DNA of 64,000 nt, taken from the IMG/VR virus record IMGVR_UViG_3300010163_000006, positions 91,672 to 155,671 of that record; one strand, given 5' to 3'. Below, piece by piece: positions 7,690 through 18,499 of this stretch. Numbering within the stretch: position 1 is the stretch's first letter; each line of letters starts with the position of its first letter. Source of the stretch: a virus. Its lineage: Duplodnaviria > Caudoviricetes. Under the pieces are notes generated by a model. The model made no database searches, was not told where the DNA came from, and was given only the letters and a program-made list of their open reading frames with translations. Both the position numbers and the translations under genes were made by a program.

Positions 7690-8301
7690 TTATCCGTATC
7701 TTTTGAATACATAGCCTGCTTTGATTAACTTATTGAAAAGGTCGGACGATATTTGTATCTTTGTCACTTTTCCCTTGGTAAATACCAGCACTTCAAAGAT
7801 GGTAGGATCTTCGATAACCACCATGTAATCACAATTGACCATGATATCGATGATTCGTTCATCTTCTTTTGTCAGCACATGTCTATTCCAAGTAGCAACG
7901 TCAAGTCTATACAGTCCCGGAAGAGTCAAACCAAGTGACACGATTTTCATTTGTTCGGCTAAATGTTTCTCATTTACGATCATAAACGGTTTTGAATACT
8001 TTGTACAGATATCCATCTCAACACAACATCCATGAGAGAGCTCGTATTTTGAGTCAAACAGAACAATGTCGGCTTCCGACATACATTCCATTATTCCTCT
8101 TCCGAGGAAATACAACGATGCATCCTTGTGTATGTCTTCGATGTCTTTGTCGTCAGATTTCATATTAACGAGCCATTCAACATTACCATACTTCTTTGTG
8201 AAGTAAGGACCATAAGTGTTCTTTATCTCGTCGATACGGGTTTTAATTGCTTCTTCTGTTCTGCCTGACATAGGCAGGCAGATCATTACCTTAATAATCA
8301 T
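7690..8301 (-). CDS. DUF4406-like (nucleoside deoxyribosyltransferase-like fold) protein
   Basis: KVMICLPMSGRTEEAI...LYFLGRGIMECMSEADIVLF...SHGCCVEMDICTKYSKP pattern. Confidence 0.6.
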   Translation of the reverse strand: MIIKVMICLPMSGRTEEAIKTRIDEIKNTYGPYFTKKYGNVEWLVNMKSDDKDIEDIHKDASLYFLGRGIMECMSEADIVLFDSKYELSHGCCVEMDICTKYSKPFMIVNEKHLAEQMKIVSLGLTLPGLYRLDVATWNRHVLTKEDERIIDIMVNCDYMVVIEDPTIFEVLVFTKGKVTKIQISSDLFNKLIKAGYVFKRYG

Positions 8302-8383
8302 TTGATCATTTCCTTTCTCGTTATTGGTGGTAAATCTGGTGGTGGTGCCTCACAATCATCAGGACACCACATCGACCATACCT

Positions 8384-8641
8384 CTAAACTCGTAAACCTA
8401 AGAAGTAACTGGTACCTTGTAGAGTAATTATCCTAACATCTTTCTGCTGCATACAATACTTGACAGTATCATCCATGTAACTGAGATACGGGATAATGAG
8501 GTAATCAATTCCTTCAGGATCATTGTAATCCCTAACTATAAATCCTTTGAATTCGAGCTCATGTAGTAGACTCGAGCATGATTTAAGGGGTTCAACAATC
8601 CCAACATGTGGGAGTCTTTCTCTGCAGTCATTGTCTGTCAT
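8384..8641 (-). CDS. Hypothetical protein
   Basis: AGGAGGAG RBS; promoter copy at about 8691-8710. Confidence 0.65.
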   Translation of the reverse strand: MTDNDCRERLPHVGIVEPLKSCSSLLHELEFKGFIVRDYNDPEGIDYLIIPYLSYMDDTVKYCMQQKDVRIITLQGTSYFLGLRV

Positions 8642-8716
8642 TACTATCTCCTCCTAAGTATAATTCAAATGGAATCCCATTTGTTCATAAAAATAATATA
8701 TGTATATAAAAATGAA

Positions 8717-8744
8717 ATTCAGGGGGTGTTAACACCCCCTGAAT
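8717..8744 (-). terminator. Terminator after the RNAP/DNA polymerase operon
   Basis: Perfect palindrome attcagggggtgtt/aacaccccctgaat. Confidence 0.75.
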
Positions 8745-8753
8745 ATTATATGA

Positions 8754-10148
8754 TTAAGAAGACATAAGTCCAAGACAGATGGTCGACCAATCCATCAGAG
8801 GTAATTCGATCTTTTCGGTAACGTAGTTAGTTACACAAGAGAAGTGGAACTTTTCGAAATGCTGAACGATTCCATCTTCTTTACATCCAAGGAATAAAGT
8901 ATTCAGTTGGTCTCCATCAAAGTCCGCATTAAAACCGGGAAGTGGTTCTGGAGGTAAACTGATCGTATCATCATTTACCTTGAAACGACGTATCTTTGCA
9001 ATCTCAATAGAAGCAAAGTTGTTTGTCGGTTCTCTAAGGATCATGATCCATTGTTCTTTGTCGAGTATCTCTTGAAGGATATCGACTACCTCGGGATGAA
9101 TCTTATAATCTCTGACATACAGATATGCCTGTTCAAGAGTGAAGTTATATCTGACAGATAAGATGTGTGTTATCTTGTACTGGAATGCGGTAATACACAT
9201 TGGCAATGGCAGATCAACTTCATCGACGTTCAATGATATATCGAGGGTGATTACCGCACGACCAGAGAATGAAAACGTACCACCAACAATCTCTGATCTT
9301 ACGAAACCATCCTTCTTTGAAACCTCATTCGTTATCAGATGCTCAGCAGCTTCAACCCAATAATTCTGAATAAAGTTCAATGCCTGAATCGTTTCGATTG
9401 GTAAAGCCATGTCTTTCAACTTGCATTGAATCGAAACGATTTGTGAAAACCATTTATTGATCTTCGGGTAGAACATCGTCTCTGATGTCTTAGATACAGG
9501 ACGGAATGCTGTTGAGTAGATCGGGATCTTCGAAGTGAACACAGCTTCTTTCTCTTGGATCAATGTCGCAAGTTCCTCTGTTGATTTACCACAAGCGGTC
9601 AATACCTCTTCGAATCTTTGGTAAAATACATCGTGTCCAAGACCTTCGTAAATCTGTTTCGACTTGGGTATTTTCTTCCTGATATATGCGATGTCGTTTT
9701 GTGCAATACGACCTGTTTTTCGGTTCTTTTTGTTCTCTGCAAAGTTCGTATCATTCTCATTATAAGGAACAGAGAAATCGGCCTTATAGTCTCCGAGAAT
9801 ATATTTCAACATATTTACAGACAATACTCTCTTGAGCATTGAATAATAGATTGGTGATATAACTTTGTGTGGAGATATATCAACCCATCCAGTATATTTA
9901 AAGTTCAATGAGCGAAGAGTGATCTCAGAGTTACAACGTGGGCATACTCGGCCAATGATATCTTGACCGATGAATGCACCACAGTCGCATCTGTACTCAA
10001 CGTCCATGAACTTGGAAGAATTGATCAGTTGATCAACATTTACTGGAGCATACATATCTTCCTCTTCGTTGATTAAAAACCCATTGTGGGTAATCATGTC
10101 GATGATATACTCGTTCTCCAGATTTATTCTTTCAAGTGTGACGCCCAT
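8754..10148 (-). CDS. Phage multisubunit RNA polymerase beta' N-terminal subunit (catalytic)
   Basis: Zn-binding CDCG...CPRC, FSGRAVI, REP and catalytic FNADFDGDQL motifs. Confidence 0.9.
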   Translation of the reverse strand: MGVTLERINLENEYIIDMITHNGFLINEEEDMYAPVNVDQLINSSKFMDVEYRCDCGAFIGQDIIGRVCPRCNSEITLRSLNFKYTGWVDISPHKVISPIYYSMLKRVLSVNMLKYILGDYKADFSVPYNENDTNFAENKKNRKTGRIAQNDIAYIRKKIPKSKQIYEGLGHDVFYQRFEEVLTACGKSTEELATLIQEKEAVFTSKIPIYSTAFRPVSKTSETMFYPKINKWFSQIVSIQCKLKDMALPIETIQALNFIQNYWVEAAEHLITNEVSKKDGFVRSEIVGGTFSFSGRAVITLDISLNVDEVDLPLPMCITAFQYKITHILSVRYNFTLEQAYLYVRDYKIHPEVVDILQEILDKEQWIMILREPTNNFASIEIAKIRRFKVNDDTISLPPEPLPGFNADFDGDQLNTLFLGCKEDGIVQHFEKFHFSCVTNYVTEKIELPLMDWSTICLGLMSS

Positions 10149-10160
10149 GCTATGATCCTC

Positions 10161-11822
10161 CTATTTCATAAGCTCAAATAATTCAACAACCATGTCCAAC
10201 AACAACAAGGTCATGTTTCCTGATTCATAGATCAATGGATTGTCCAATAACGATTCATCATTATGATTGACGATCGTGTATGAAGACAACACACAATTCA
10301 TGATGTTCTCAACAAACACATTTACGTTCTTTTCAGAAAGCAAATATTCCTTAAGATTGTTGAGTTTAACATATTTCTTGATACCATTGATGTCCTTCTG
10401 TGTCAATGATCTCGTTGTGGTTGAAACCGTTTTTCCCATAAGGATATTAATGATGGGACTGTTGAGAGTGTCCTCTTCTGACAGACCATAGATATCCATT
10501 ACGAGATGTCTGACATACAGCAACAGGATATACTTCTGCCTCATACTCAACGTGTTTGTTGAAATTGATGAATGGAACTTGTTGTACAATACCGTGTCAA
10601 CAAGAATCTTCGAAAGATCATTCATTTGTGGTATGTGCTCGAGATAATAGTCGACAGGACTTACATCAATCTCCAACGCTATATGAGCGATGATGATATT
10701 CAAGTCCTTCAGCATACAACTGTATTCACCGGGGTTAAATGAACGGATCATTGATATAGGTGAATTGGAACTGATGTTATCGGATAAGAGTTGTGACACA
10801 TCATCAACATTCACAAGCGAATATCTTAATTGACGTTTTCTCGTCAAGAACGATGCCTGCATGATGATTGCCTTTATCAATCCGACACATGAGTACGTCG
10901 GACGTTTATTGATCTTATCCCATGCTGAAGCAAATGTGAGCTTAATGAGTCCATCACACAAAAGGATTTTTCTCATGACGAATTGTGTTGTTGTTGGCGC
11001 AGTAACACCCTCAACTGCCTGCATATCGTAAATGTTTGCATTTGATGATATGCTCTGAATAACATTCTTGTTGACATAGTTATACAACAGAATGTACATG
11101 TGTGGGTTGATTTGATTCATCGCATATGAGAACGCACGAGCAAACAACTCATACATATTCTTTGGGGAGTTTCCTGTTAAACCAATAAAATGTTCAATAA
11201 AGATATGCATAACCTTTATCATGAATGATACGATATACATGTCTCTCAAGAAGTCCAAAGGGAACAATCCGACTGTATCATCACCGACATCGTTTTCCTC
11301 AACCATTTTTTTGATCTTGTCCATTGTCTTATCAGGAAACAGTATCTCATAGAGTTGCTTATAATACTCTTCAAAGGTTGCAATAGTATAAGTTTCACTG
11401 TCCGTGATATACTTTGCAATGAGCATTGAAGTGATGAGATCATTGTCATCATCATACAATGCCGTGAAGAAATTTATCTGTTCACAGATATAATTCTGCA
11501 AATCAACTCTTTTGGCTCTAAGTTGAAATACTTGGATGGAAGGATCGATAACATCATCCGGGAACAATGCCATGAAATTCACGAATATTTGAGAACCGTT
11601 GTGACGGATGATTATATCTTCCGGAATGGGTTCCCAATCAATGAATCGGGTTTTCTTGTATTTCCTTCCGTGCAAACCTGTTGGAAATCCATTATAAGGA
11701 TATTCGGTGCCATGTTTTGCATTGTACGTATACGTCGCATCAGGGTCATACGTATACGTGAGTGTCTTGGAAGATGGTTCTTTTTTGGCCATGACTCCCG
11801 TAACCTCCTTTTTTCTTTTCAT
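10161..11822 (-). CDS. Hypothetical helical protein; possible non-virion RNAP accessory/specificity subunit
   Basis: 553 aa ORF co-oriented directly upstream of beta'-N; function inferred from context only. Confidence 0.55.
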   Translation of the reverse strand: MKRKKEVTGVMAKKEPSSKTLTYTYDPDATYTYNAKHGTEYPYNGFPTGLHGRKYKKTRFIDWEPIPEDIIIRHNGSQIFVNFMALFPDDVIDPSIQVFQLRAKRVDLQNYICEQINFFTALYDDDNDLITSMLIAKYITDSETYTIATFEEYYKQLYEILFPDKTMDKIKKMVEENDVGDDTVGLFPLDFLRDMYIVSFMIKVMHIFIEHFIGLTGNSPKNMYELFARAFSYAMNQINPHMYILLYNYVNKNVIQSISSNANIYDMQAVEGVTAPTTTQFVMRKILLCDGLIKLTFASAWDKINKRPTYSCVGLIKAIIMQASFLTRKRQLRYSLVNVDDVSQLLSDNISSNSPISMIRSFNPGEYSCMLKDLNIIIAHIALEIDVSPVDYYLEHIPQMNDLSKILVDTVLYNKFHSSISTNTLSMRQKYILLLYVRHLVMDIYGLSEEDTLNSPIINILMGKTVSTTTRSLTQKDINGIKKYVKLNNLKEYLLSEKNVNVFVENIMNCVLSSYTIVNHNDESLLDNPLIYESGNMTLLLLDMVVELFELMK

Positions 11823-12445
11823 AAAATACCTGCTGATATTATGCTGGTAAAACGTAAGAAGATGTTAGGCAAAGCCTTCAACTTCTCGTCTACTTTGGAA
11901 TTAAATATTTCTGAAATGTATAAATAATCGTCACATATGACCAAGCATACAGGAGCTTTTAAATTTTCGCAGCTCTTAATATTATCTACTGATGAAGTGA
12001 GATAAGTAAAGTTGGGATGCTCATTTAAGAATTCAATGATATTACCATGAACATACTGAATTCCGGGGAAACCATATGATCCTGTTGCTTGTTCGACAAT
12101 TGGGGAATAATTGTTCGAATATATGTAAAGAGTATTTATGTTTTCATCATGGGATGCAGTAAATACTTTATATGAGTACAATAAATTGGGTTGCATCGTT
12201 AAGAAAGACGTTAACATATCATCGGGATTAATTAAAATATCAAATTCTTTTTTTAACCATTTTGAATAATCTTCGTCTTCCCGATTAATGTAGCTCAACA
12301 GCACATCCTGTACGGACATGCTGTCAAGTTTATCAGAAACACCTTGTTTCCTAAATGCTTTAGCTACATTAAATCCGATCATCGAAATTATGTCCTCATA
12401 TTGTATTATAATCCCAGATTTTCCAATGTCTCTGAGATCAAACAT
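11819..12445 (-). CDS. Hypothetical protein
   Basis: 208 aa ORF tightly packed in the operon. Confidence 0.7.
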   Translation of the reverse strand: MFDLRDIGKSGIIIQYEDIISMIGFNVAKAFRKQGVSDKLDSMSVQDVLLSYINREDEDYSKWLKKEFDILINPDDMLTSFLTMQPNLLYSYKVFTASHDENINTLYIYSNNYSPIVEQATGSYGFPGIQYVHGNIIEFLNEHPNFTYLTSSVDNIKSCENLKAPVCLVICDDYLYISEIFNSKVDEKLKALPNIFLRFTSIISAGIL

Positions 12446-12453
12446 AATCAGAT

Positions 12454-13029
12454 TCAGATAGGCAGATCGTCATCGTTGCCATTGTCTGTACCTACAGCCA
12501 TTGCAAACTCATCAGGATCAAGCTTGTTCGTAAGAGCCTTTCTGTATGCAATCTTCAGGTACTCACAAAGATTTATGAATGCAGCATGAACGTTCTTGTT
12601 ACCCATAGCAACAGAGTCAAATGTAATTGTTCTTGAACCGTTCTTAGCAGAATCGATCGTCATCTTGATTGTACCACCCTGACCAACAACAGTGAGTTTG
12701 CTATTGTTACCCTTGTCGATCACAAATGAAAGTGAACCGTAGTCCTGAGCACTTTCAACAGTAACGAGGAACGCCTTAAGAAGATCGAGGTTCATAAAGA
12801 ATCCGGGAAGTTCGCTGGGCATTCTCTGTTCGAGCATCGGTGCACCTGTAGAAGGATCTTTGCCAGCAATTGACTTGATGCGAAGGATTGCACGAGCACC
12901 TGTGGGAGGAATCCACATAGAAACCACGAGCTGACCATCCGATCCCCACAGTTTACCAATCGGGAAGTTTTCCTTCTTCTTGTCTCCGTTGTTTGAGTTG
13001 TTAAAATTGTTATTCTGATTGAAAGCCAT
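12454..13029 (-). CDS. Putative single-stranded DNA-binding protein
   Basis: Start MAFNQ behind AAGGAGG; beta-rich body; C-terminus DNGNDDDLPI resembles the SSB acidic tip; next to the DNA polymerase gene. Confidence 0.5.
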   Translation of the reverse strand: MAFNQNNNFNNSNNGDKKKENFPIGKLWGSDGQLVVSMWIPPTGARAILRIKSIAGKDPSTGAPMLEQRMPSELPGFFMNLDLLKAFLVTVESAQDYGSLSFVIDKGNNSKLTVVGQGGTIKMTIDSAKNGSRTITFDSVAMGNKNVHAAFINLCEYLKIAYRKALTNKLDPDEFAMAVGTDNGNDDDLPI

Positions 13030-13086
13030 AACAATTTCCTCCTTTTCAATAATAGTAAAATTTAGTTCCAATATAGGAACTTTATA

Positions 13087-13644
13087 TTATGATTCATCTT
13101 CGTCCAGTTGGGCGAAGTAATCATCCCTGATTGCTGTTACGGTGAAACTCAAGTTCGTAACATCGTTTTCATGAAGACCCAATACTGTCACAAATGGATT
13201 GTCTTCGTCGTCATCCTCAACGAGATATGTGTTAAACAAATCTTTCTCAAGAATTTCATCAAGAGAATTTGATTTTAACATCTCTACCAGTTGACCGATT
13301 GTGTACAGCTGTTGCTCAAGTTCATCAAAGTTACTGATATCTTCCGTTTCAATATTCAATTTTCTTTTAATTGAATTGATGTTTGATACCAGTTCGCCAA
13401 GAACATATGACGCAACAAACTTTTTCAGATCATTTTTACTTGGCATATCTTCACCAAGGAAATGTCCATATTCCTCGATACAATCCAATGCATCTTCCAG
13501 ATTGTCAAGAATACGAGAAACCGTATTATTCCATCTGGTAGGATCAATGAAAACAGTATCACCTATTATGACATCGATGTCCTCAACAAAGTCATATGAT
13601 ACACCAGCGAACTGTTCGAAGAAATTATATATTTCTGGCCACAT
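13087..13644 (-). CDS. Acidic hypothetical protein
   Basis: 185 aa, AAAGGAGGTG RBS. Confidence 0.7.
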   Translation of the reverse strand: MWPEIYNFFEQFAGVSYDFVEDIDVIIGDTVFIDPTRWNNTVSRILDNLEDALDCIEEYGHFLGEDMPSKNDLKKFVASYVLGELVSNINSIKRKLNIETEDISNFDELEQQLYTIGQLVEMLKSNSLDEILEKDLFNTYLVEDDDEDNPFVTVLGLHENDVTNLSFTVTAIRDDYFAQLDEDES

Positions 13645-13676
13645 GATCTATATCACCTCCTTTCATGTTGAGTTAA

Positions 13677-15605
13677 TTATGGGAATACCATTCTCGAAGG
13701 TCTGAAGCCTCCGGGAACATCCGCAACATACACATCAAATGCATTAAACAATTGACGGAATGGTATCAGCAATTTATCAGCCGCATAATCGATATCGATT
13801 ACCGGACGAATCCATTCTGGTATATCATGATAATGTTCAGGTATACATATATAAGGATCCGTTTTCTCATCCGCATTATCAACTAATGACAACCTCAGTA
13901 TCTCTGATGTTTTGGAGAAATCATTTGCATGTTGCTTTAATAGATCAAATGATAACGGAATTACCCTTACACGGTCCATTGGAAGCATTTCTTCATCATG
14001 CATTATATTATTCCAAACAATCGCACCACGCATCTGTGCTGGTAATACTTTTGTGGGATCATATGCACTGATGTCCTTGATAGACAAAACCTTGTAATAT
14101 GAAGGATCCGAACCTATCTCATTGATAAGTCGATTCCTCAGATTGTTGTATTCATCTAATACACCCGAAATGGATATCTGATCAGCTGTTAGTATATATT
14201 TATCGTATATATCGATCATTATCGGTTCAAGGAATTCTGCCGAATCTCGTTTCTTAAATGACAAACCTGATACGGCAATATCATGTGGGTTACGAGGTTT
14301 TCCTTCCTGAACGAACATAGATGAAGCATACATCTTCTTCGCAATAAGAGCCATTGATAAGAATGCGAACTCATTCTTGAACACGAACTTCGATCTATAG
14401 TATTCATCATTTATATTACAATACATAGCAATGTAACCTACCATTGTCGGTATGATATGTTCAATAAATAAACGCATACCAAAAGCAGATGCAACAAGAC
14501 ATGATGACAGGAATGATCCAACATATGATTGGAAGTCATTTATATAACTTGCGAACTGAACCATGAGTGAATCTGTATCTGTAACACATACAATGACTCT
14601 TTCCATATTAGCCGCTCTGATTTCACAATCATTCGGTATAAAAGGATAAACACAATTGTCAACAATAACCTTGCTGACATACTCTATCAATGATACTATC
14701 TCCTCGGGTGCTTTAACACCGTAACCCCATCTATGAAGAGTCTCTTCTGATATATCATTGATATCGAATTGATTCTCCTTGAGATAATCCGATATTGTCT
14801 TTATCTCATTTACGAGATATTTTCTCATGATAAGTCTCGGATTAAACGCCAACATGAGCTTCGTCAATTCCTCATTTGACAATGTGGACAAATACATTTG
14901 AAGAGTTTCTATATCTCTTCCTGTGATGTTGTTTGTCCTTGATAATAACCATTTGAGGACATCATTCACACGATAAGTATCGTTAATCAATACCCTATCT
15001 TCACGAGTATCCTCAAGTACGATAAAGATCATGTCAAACAATTCATTCACGTTATTTAACTTCGCCCATTGGTTGTTATTCCCGGAAATGAACTCCAAAC
15101 AGCAGATTAAGCTCGTCGTTATATTCTTTGCACTTCCGGTGGTAGCCGGGGGAATATAACACGAAAAGAATGGTGACAGTCGGGTGCCAGACCCACCGTA
15201 GTCAGCATTCATAATGACCTTAATAGACATCTGGGCAACATTTGCATTCGTGTATTGGATCGTACCTTTCCCATATGTGTACATTTCCTTCTTTTTCTTT
15301 TTACGGTCTTTTTGTAATTTTTCCAACATTTTAACAGTAGGAGCCAAATACTCCTCATGTTGTTTGAAAAACGTACCGTTACCTGAGATGATGGGATTGC
15401 GTTGCCCTATCCAGTCAAACACATCGATCATTGATGTGTTTTTCAATTCCTGTGTGATGTTATTATGCATCGTACACGGAATGTTACGAATTCTTTCATT
15501 CGTAAGTTCATCGATGAGTGATCGTACTAAATTCAGATTAGCATTAGGATGTGTTTTCATATACATCTCAACAATCTGATTCTGATATCTTTCTACGACA
15601 TTCAT
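13677..15605 (-). CDS. Family B DNA polymerase, palm/fingers fragment of a split phiKZ-type enzyme
   Basis: KVIMNADYG (motif B), VTDTDSL (motif C), FKNEF and AKKMY; no recognisable exonuclease domain or motif A. Confidence 0.8.
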   Translation of the reverse strand: MNVVERYQNQIVEMYMKTHPNANLNLVRSLIDELTNERIRNIPCTMHNNITQELKNTSMIDVFDWIGQRNPIISGNGTFFKQHEEYLAPTVKMLEKLQKDRKKKKKEMYTYGKGTIQYTNANVAQMSIKVIMNADYGGSGTRLSPFFSCYIPPATTGSAKNITTSLICCLEFISGNNNQWAKLNNVNELFDMIFIVLEDTREDRVLINDTYRVNDVLKWLLSRTNNITGRDIETLQMYLSTLSNEELTKLMLAFNPRLIMRKYLVNEIKTISDYLKENQFDINDISEETLHRWGYGVKAPEEIVSLIEYVSKVIVDNCVYPFIPNDCEIRAANMERVIVCVTDTDSLMVQFASYINDFQSYVGSFLSSCLVASAFGMRLFIEHIIPTMVGYIAMYCNINDEYYRSKFVFKNEFAFLSMALIAKKMYASSMFVQEGKPRNPHDIAVSGLSFKKRDSAEFLEPIMIDIYDKYILTADQISISGVLDEYNNLRNRLINEIGSDPSYYKVLSIKDISAYDPTKVLPAQMRGAIVWNNIMHDEEMLPMDRVRVIPLSFDLLKQHANDFSKTSEILRLSLVDNADEKTDPYICIPEHYHDIPEWIRPVIDIDYAADKLLIPFRQLFNAFDVYVADVPGGFRPSRMVFP

Positions 15606-15642
15606 CAGTTACCACTACCTTTCTTATGATGGAGGGAAATTC

Positions 15643-15792
15643 ATGAATGATTATAATGAACTTGAGAATCGTCCAACAATCAACGGAGTTGAACTTACCT
15701 CCGACATGGATCTTTCTGACATAGGAATACTCGAAATGACTGCCGAAATGGTTGATGAGATATTTCTCGAAACTTTCGGATATCTATTGTAG
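15643..15792 (+). CDS. Small virion-type protein (49 aa; not in the ORF track)
   Basis: GGAGGG RBS; MNDYNELENRPTINGVELTSDMDLSDIGI... resembles the YNxLxNKPxINGVEL motif of Firmicute phage tail proteins. Confidence 0.6.
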   Translation: MNDYNELENRPTINGVELTSDMDLSDIGILEMTAEMVDEIFLETFGYLL

Positions 15793-15889
15793 AGTATGAC
15801 TAATCAGTAGATTTCGGACTATTATGTCCGTGATCAATAAAATGATATATTTATATCAAAAAGAATATTTGAAAAGGAGTTCTGATTAT

Positions 15890-18499
15890 ATGCTTGATTA
15901 TATTAGACGGCAACTTCAGCCTCAGAAATCACAACCTACCAGTATTAAACCTGAAGATGTGCCCGATGAAGCAATACTTGAATATGCACAACTGTTTCAG
16001 GAGCTTGATGATCTTTCTGTTGAAGGTACTGATGCTGGTAAAGAGAGATCTCTGGGAATTGATATTCCGCTGGAAGATGATCTTGAAATTGAAACAGTGG
16101 AATTCAATCTTAATGACGGAAGAATCAGTGATGTCCCCGGCGATGCAACTGTTGTTGAAGGGTACGAACATGTTAAATCATACGATTCTTTCTATGAGGA
16201 AGCTGTTGAAATGGTACACAGATTCACGAGGGAATCTGACTCATCTTACGATAAACGTGTCAGACAAGTCGCTGACAAAATGTATGCAGAATACTGTGAT
16301 GAATCCACTGAGCTCGGTTTGAACGGCTTCGGTGAAATCAATATCTCAAATGATAAGATTCCTTCAAAGGCAAACATAAACTTTGGTCCTTATATGGAAA
16401 ACGGTGATACTGCTTTCATCGGAAGACTCCAAGTTTTCTTTGCAACAGATGGGGATCACAACATCACAAAGAAACAGCTTGATTCATTCAAACTTGTTCA
16501 GGAAGGAGCATTTACGAACATTGGTCCTTCTCTCAAGGCATACATGGAAAGCAATTACGACGTTCCTGAAGGATCGAACGTATGGGATCTTGTATCTCCA
16601 CAGAGGCTATTTGTTCCCCGTGGAAATGGTGATTCTTTCTGCGTTGTTCTCGAATACGCTAATGAGCTTACTGGCAAGAAAGAATACTTCGGCTGGACAC
16701 GTCCGACAAATAAATCCGACGACAGCGGCAGCATAGAAAACTGTGAAAAAATAAATATGGAATCATTTGTTAATGCTGACAGGTATGAGAACCATGCTAC
16801 ATTCATTCAGGAAAGTGAATCTATCGCAAGAAGAGAAAGACTCTCGAGAAGACCCTTGTCCCGTTTCGTCCAGGAGGCAATCGATTTCGGCGGTGGTGAC
16901 GATGGTGGTGATTCTACTGATGTTGGTTCTGGTGATGTTGGAAACGATATGCCTCCGACCGACGATAATGCTGCTGATAACACTGGTGGTTCAGATACTG
17001 ACGTTAATACTGACAATGATACGAGTAATTATACTGAAAACAATGAAGGCGGGGATGAAGACAAGGAAACTGCCGCTGTTAATAATGTATCAGATGCAAT
17101 TGCAGAAAAGGTAGCTAACCAGACCCAGGCTGACGCGGTTGATTCGGGTGATGGCGATACTAACGTAACATTTGATGATGATACATCAGATGATTCAAGT
17201 AATGGTGCTGATAACGAACCGTCTGTAGATGATCAGCTCGATGATCTTGATAGTTCACTTGGTGGCGGTTATGGTACCGATAGCGATGCTGATGTTGATG
17301 CTTCTGAAAATACCGAAGGTGATGAAATGTCGGATGGTGAGGATGGAGAGATCGATATCAACAATATGACTATCGATGATCTCATCGAGCAGGGTTCGGA
17401 GAAGTTGAAGGGTATGACAATCGAACAGATCAAGAACTTCATATCATCAAACAATCCTGATGCTGTTCAGGAAGCGTTCATTCTTACTCCCAAGAATATC
17501 AATAAAGAAATTGATGTTTCTCTCAGGAAATGTTTGGGAACTTTGAATGACAACAAGATGAACATTGATAAACTGATCTCAAAGTTCAAACTCAATGGAC
17601 GTCATCTCAACAGAGTTCTTTCTAAGGCTGCTAAAATGCCAAAAGCATTCAGCACCGATGAAATCGAGTCCATCAAGAAACTCAACCAGAGTCTCGTTAA
17701 CCTCATGATGTCTCTCAAGAAGTCAAAGGATCAGAGTCAGGTTTCAACAATAAAAACAAACATTGCTGCATTTACTTCTGCAAGCAAGGTTGTTGCAAAG
17801 ATTGTTGAAACAAAACTTGCTAACCCGAAGGTCAAGGTTCAACAGGAAGCATTCCTTCTCAATAATATCAAGGACAAGATTACAAATGCCCTTATCCCCG
17901 TAAAGAGTAATATGGAGGAACTCAAAAAGATATATGATGAAGGAAACCTTACACGAGGTAGAATCATAAAAAGATATTCTGCAAAATCAACAAATGCATA
18001 CATTAACTTCGGTACTTCTGCAAAGAGTGCAAATATGCCCGGTACCGATCACGGATACTCCGGTTATGCTAAATACGCCATTAATATCGACACAGCTCTT
18101 AAGCTTCTCAACAAAGCCATTCGAAAGAAAGGTGTTGATGACATGGAGCTCATAACAAAATTGGCGGATAAGCTTGATCTTATTTCGGACTATATCGAAA
18201 CGGTCATTGATGATCATGTTGAAAACAAGGAAATCATCAAACGTATAGGAATTCTTTCCGGTGAAATCATTGATACCATTAATGAATTCATCAATACCGG
18301 AGATGAGGCAGCTGCTACCACTATGAACAATGAACCGACTCCGGATACTCCGTCGGTACCGGAAGATACCGAAACAACTGAAGTATCCGATACTGATATC
18401 CCGGATTTCGATGATGACGATACAGATACATCTGATGATAAGTCTGATGAAGCATCATCGGATGATGATACAGATGATACAAAGGAAGGTGAAGAATAA
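15890..18499 (+). CDS. Large acidic putative head/internal virion protein
   Basis: Start MLDYIRR behind AAAGGAG; D/E/G-rich linkers; repeated xQE[A/S] motifs. Confidence 0.65.
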   Translation: MLDYIRRQLQPQKSQPTSIKPEDVPDEAILEYAQLFQELDDLSVEGTDAGKERSLGIDIPLEDDLEIETVEFNLNDGRISDVPGDATVVEGYEHVKSYDSFYEEAVEMVHRFTRESDSSYDKRVRQVADKMYAEYCDESTELGLNGFGEINISNDKIPSKANINFGPYMENGDTAFIGRLQVFFATDGDHNITKKQLDSFKLVQEGAFTNIGPSLKAYMESNYDVPEGSNVWDLVSPQRLFVPRGNGDSFCVVLEYANELTGKKEYFGWTRPTNKSDDSGSIENCEKINMESFVNADRYENHATFIQESESIARRERLSRRPLSRFVQEAIDFGGGDDGGDSTDVGSGDVGNDMPPTDDNAADNTGGSDTDVNTDNDTSNYTENNEGGDEDKETAAVNNVSDAIAEKVANQTQADAVDSGDGDTNVTFDDDTSDDSSNGADNEPSVDDQLDDLDSSLGGGYGTDSDADVDASENTEGDEMSDGEDGEIDINNMTIDDLIEQGSEKLKGMTIEQIKNFISSNNPDAVQEAFILTPKNINKEIDVSLRKCLGTLNDNKMNIDKLISKFKLNGRHLNRVLSKAAKMPKAFSTDEIESIKKLNQSLVNLMMSLKKSKDQSQVSTIKTNIAAFTSASKVVAKIVETKLANPKVKVQQEAFLLNNIKDKITNALIPVKSNMEELKKIYDEGNLTRGRIIKRYSAKSTNAYINFGTSAKSANMPGTDHGYSGYAKYAINIDTALKLLNKAIRKKGVDDMELITKLADKLDLISDYIETVIDDHVENKEIIKRIGILSGEIIDTINEFINTGDEAAATTMNNEPTPDTPSVPEDTETTEVSDTDIPDFDDDDTDTSDDKSDEASSDDDTDDTKEGEE

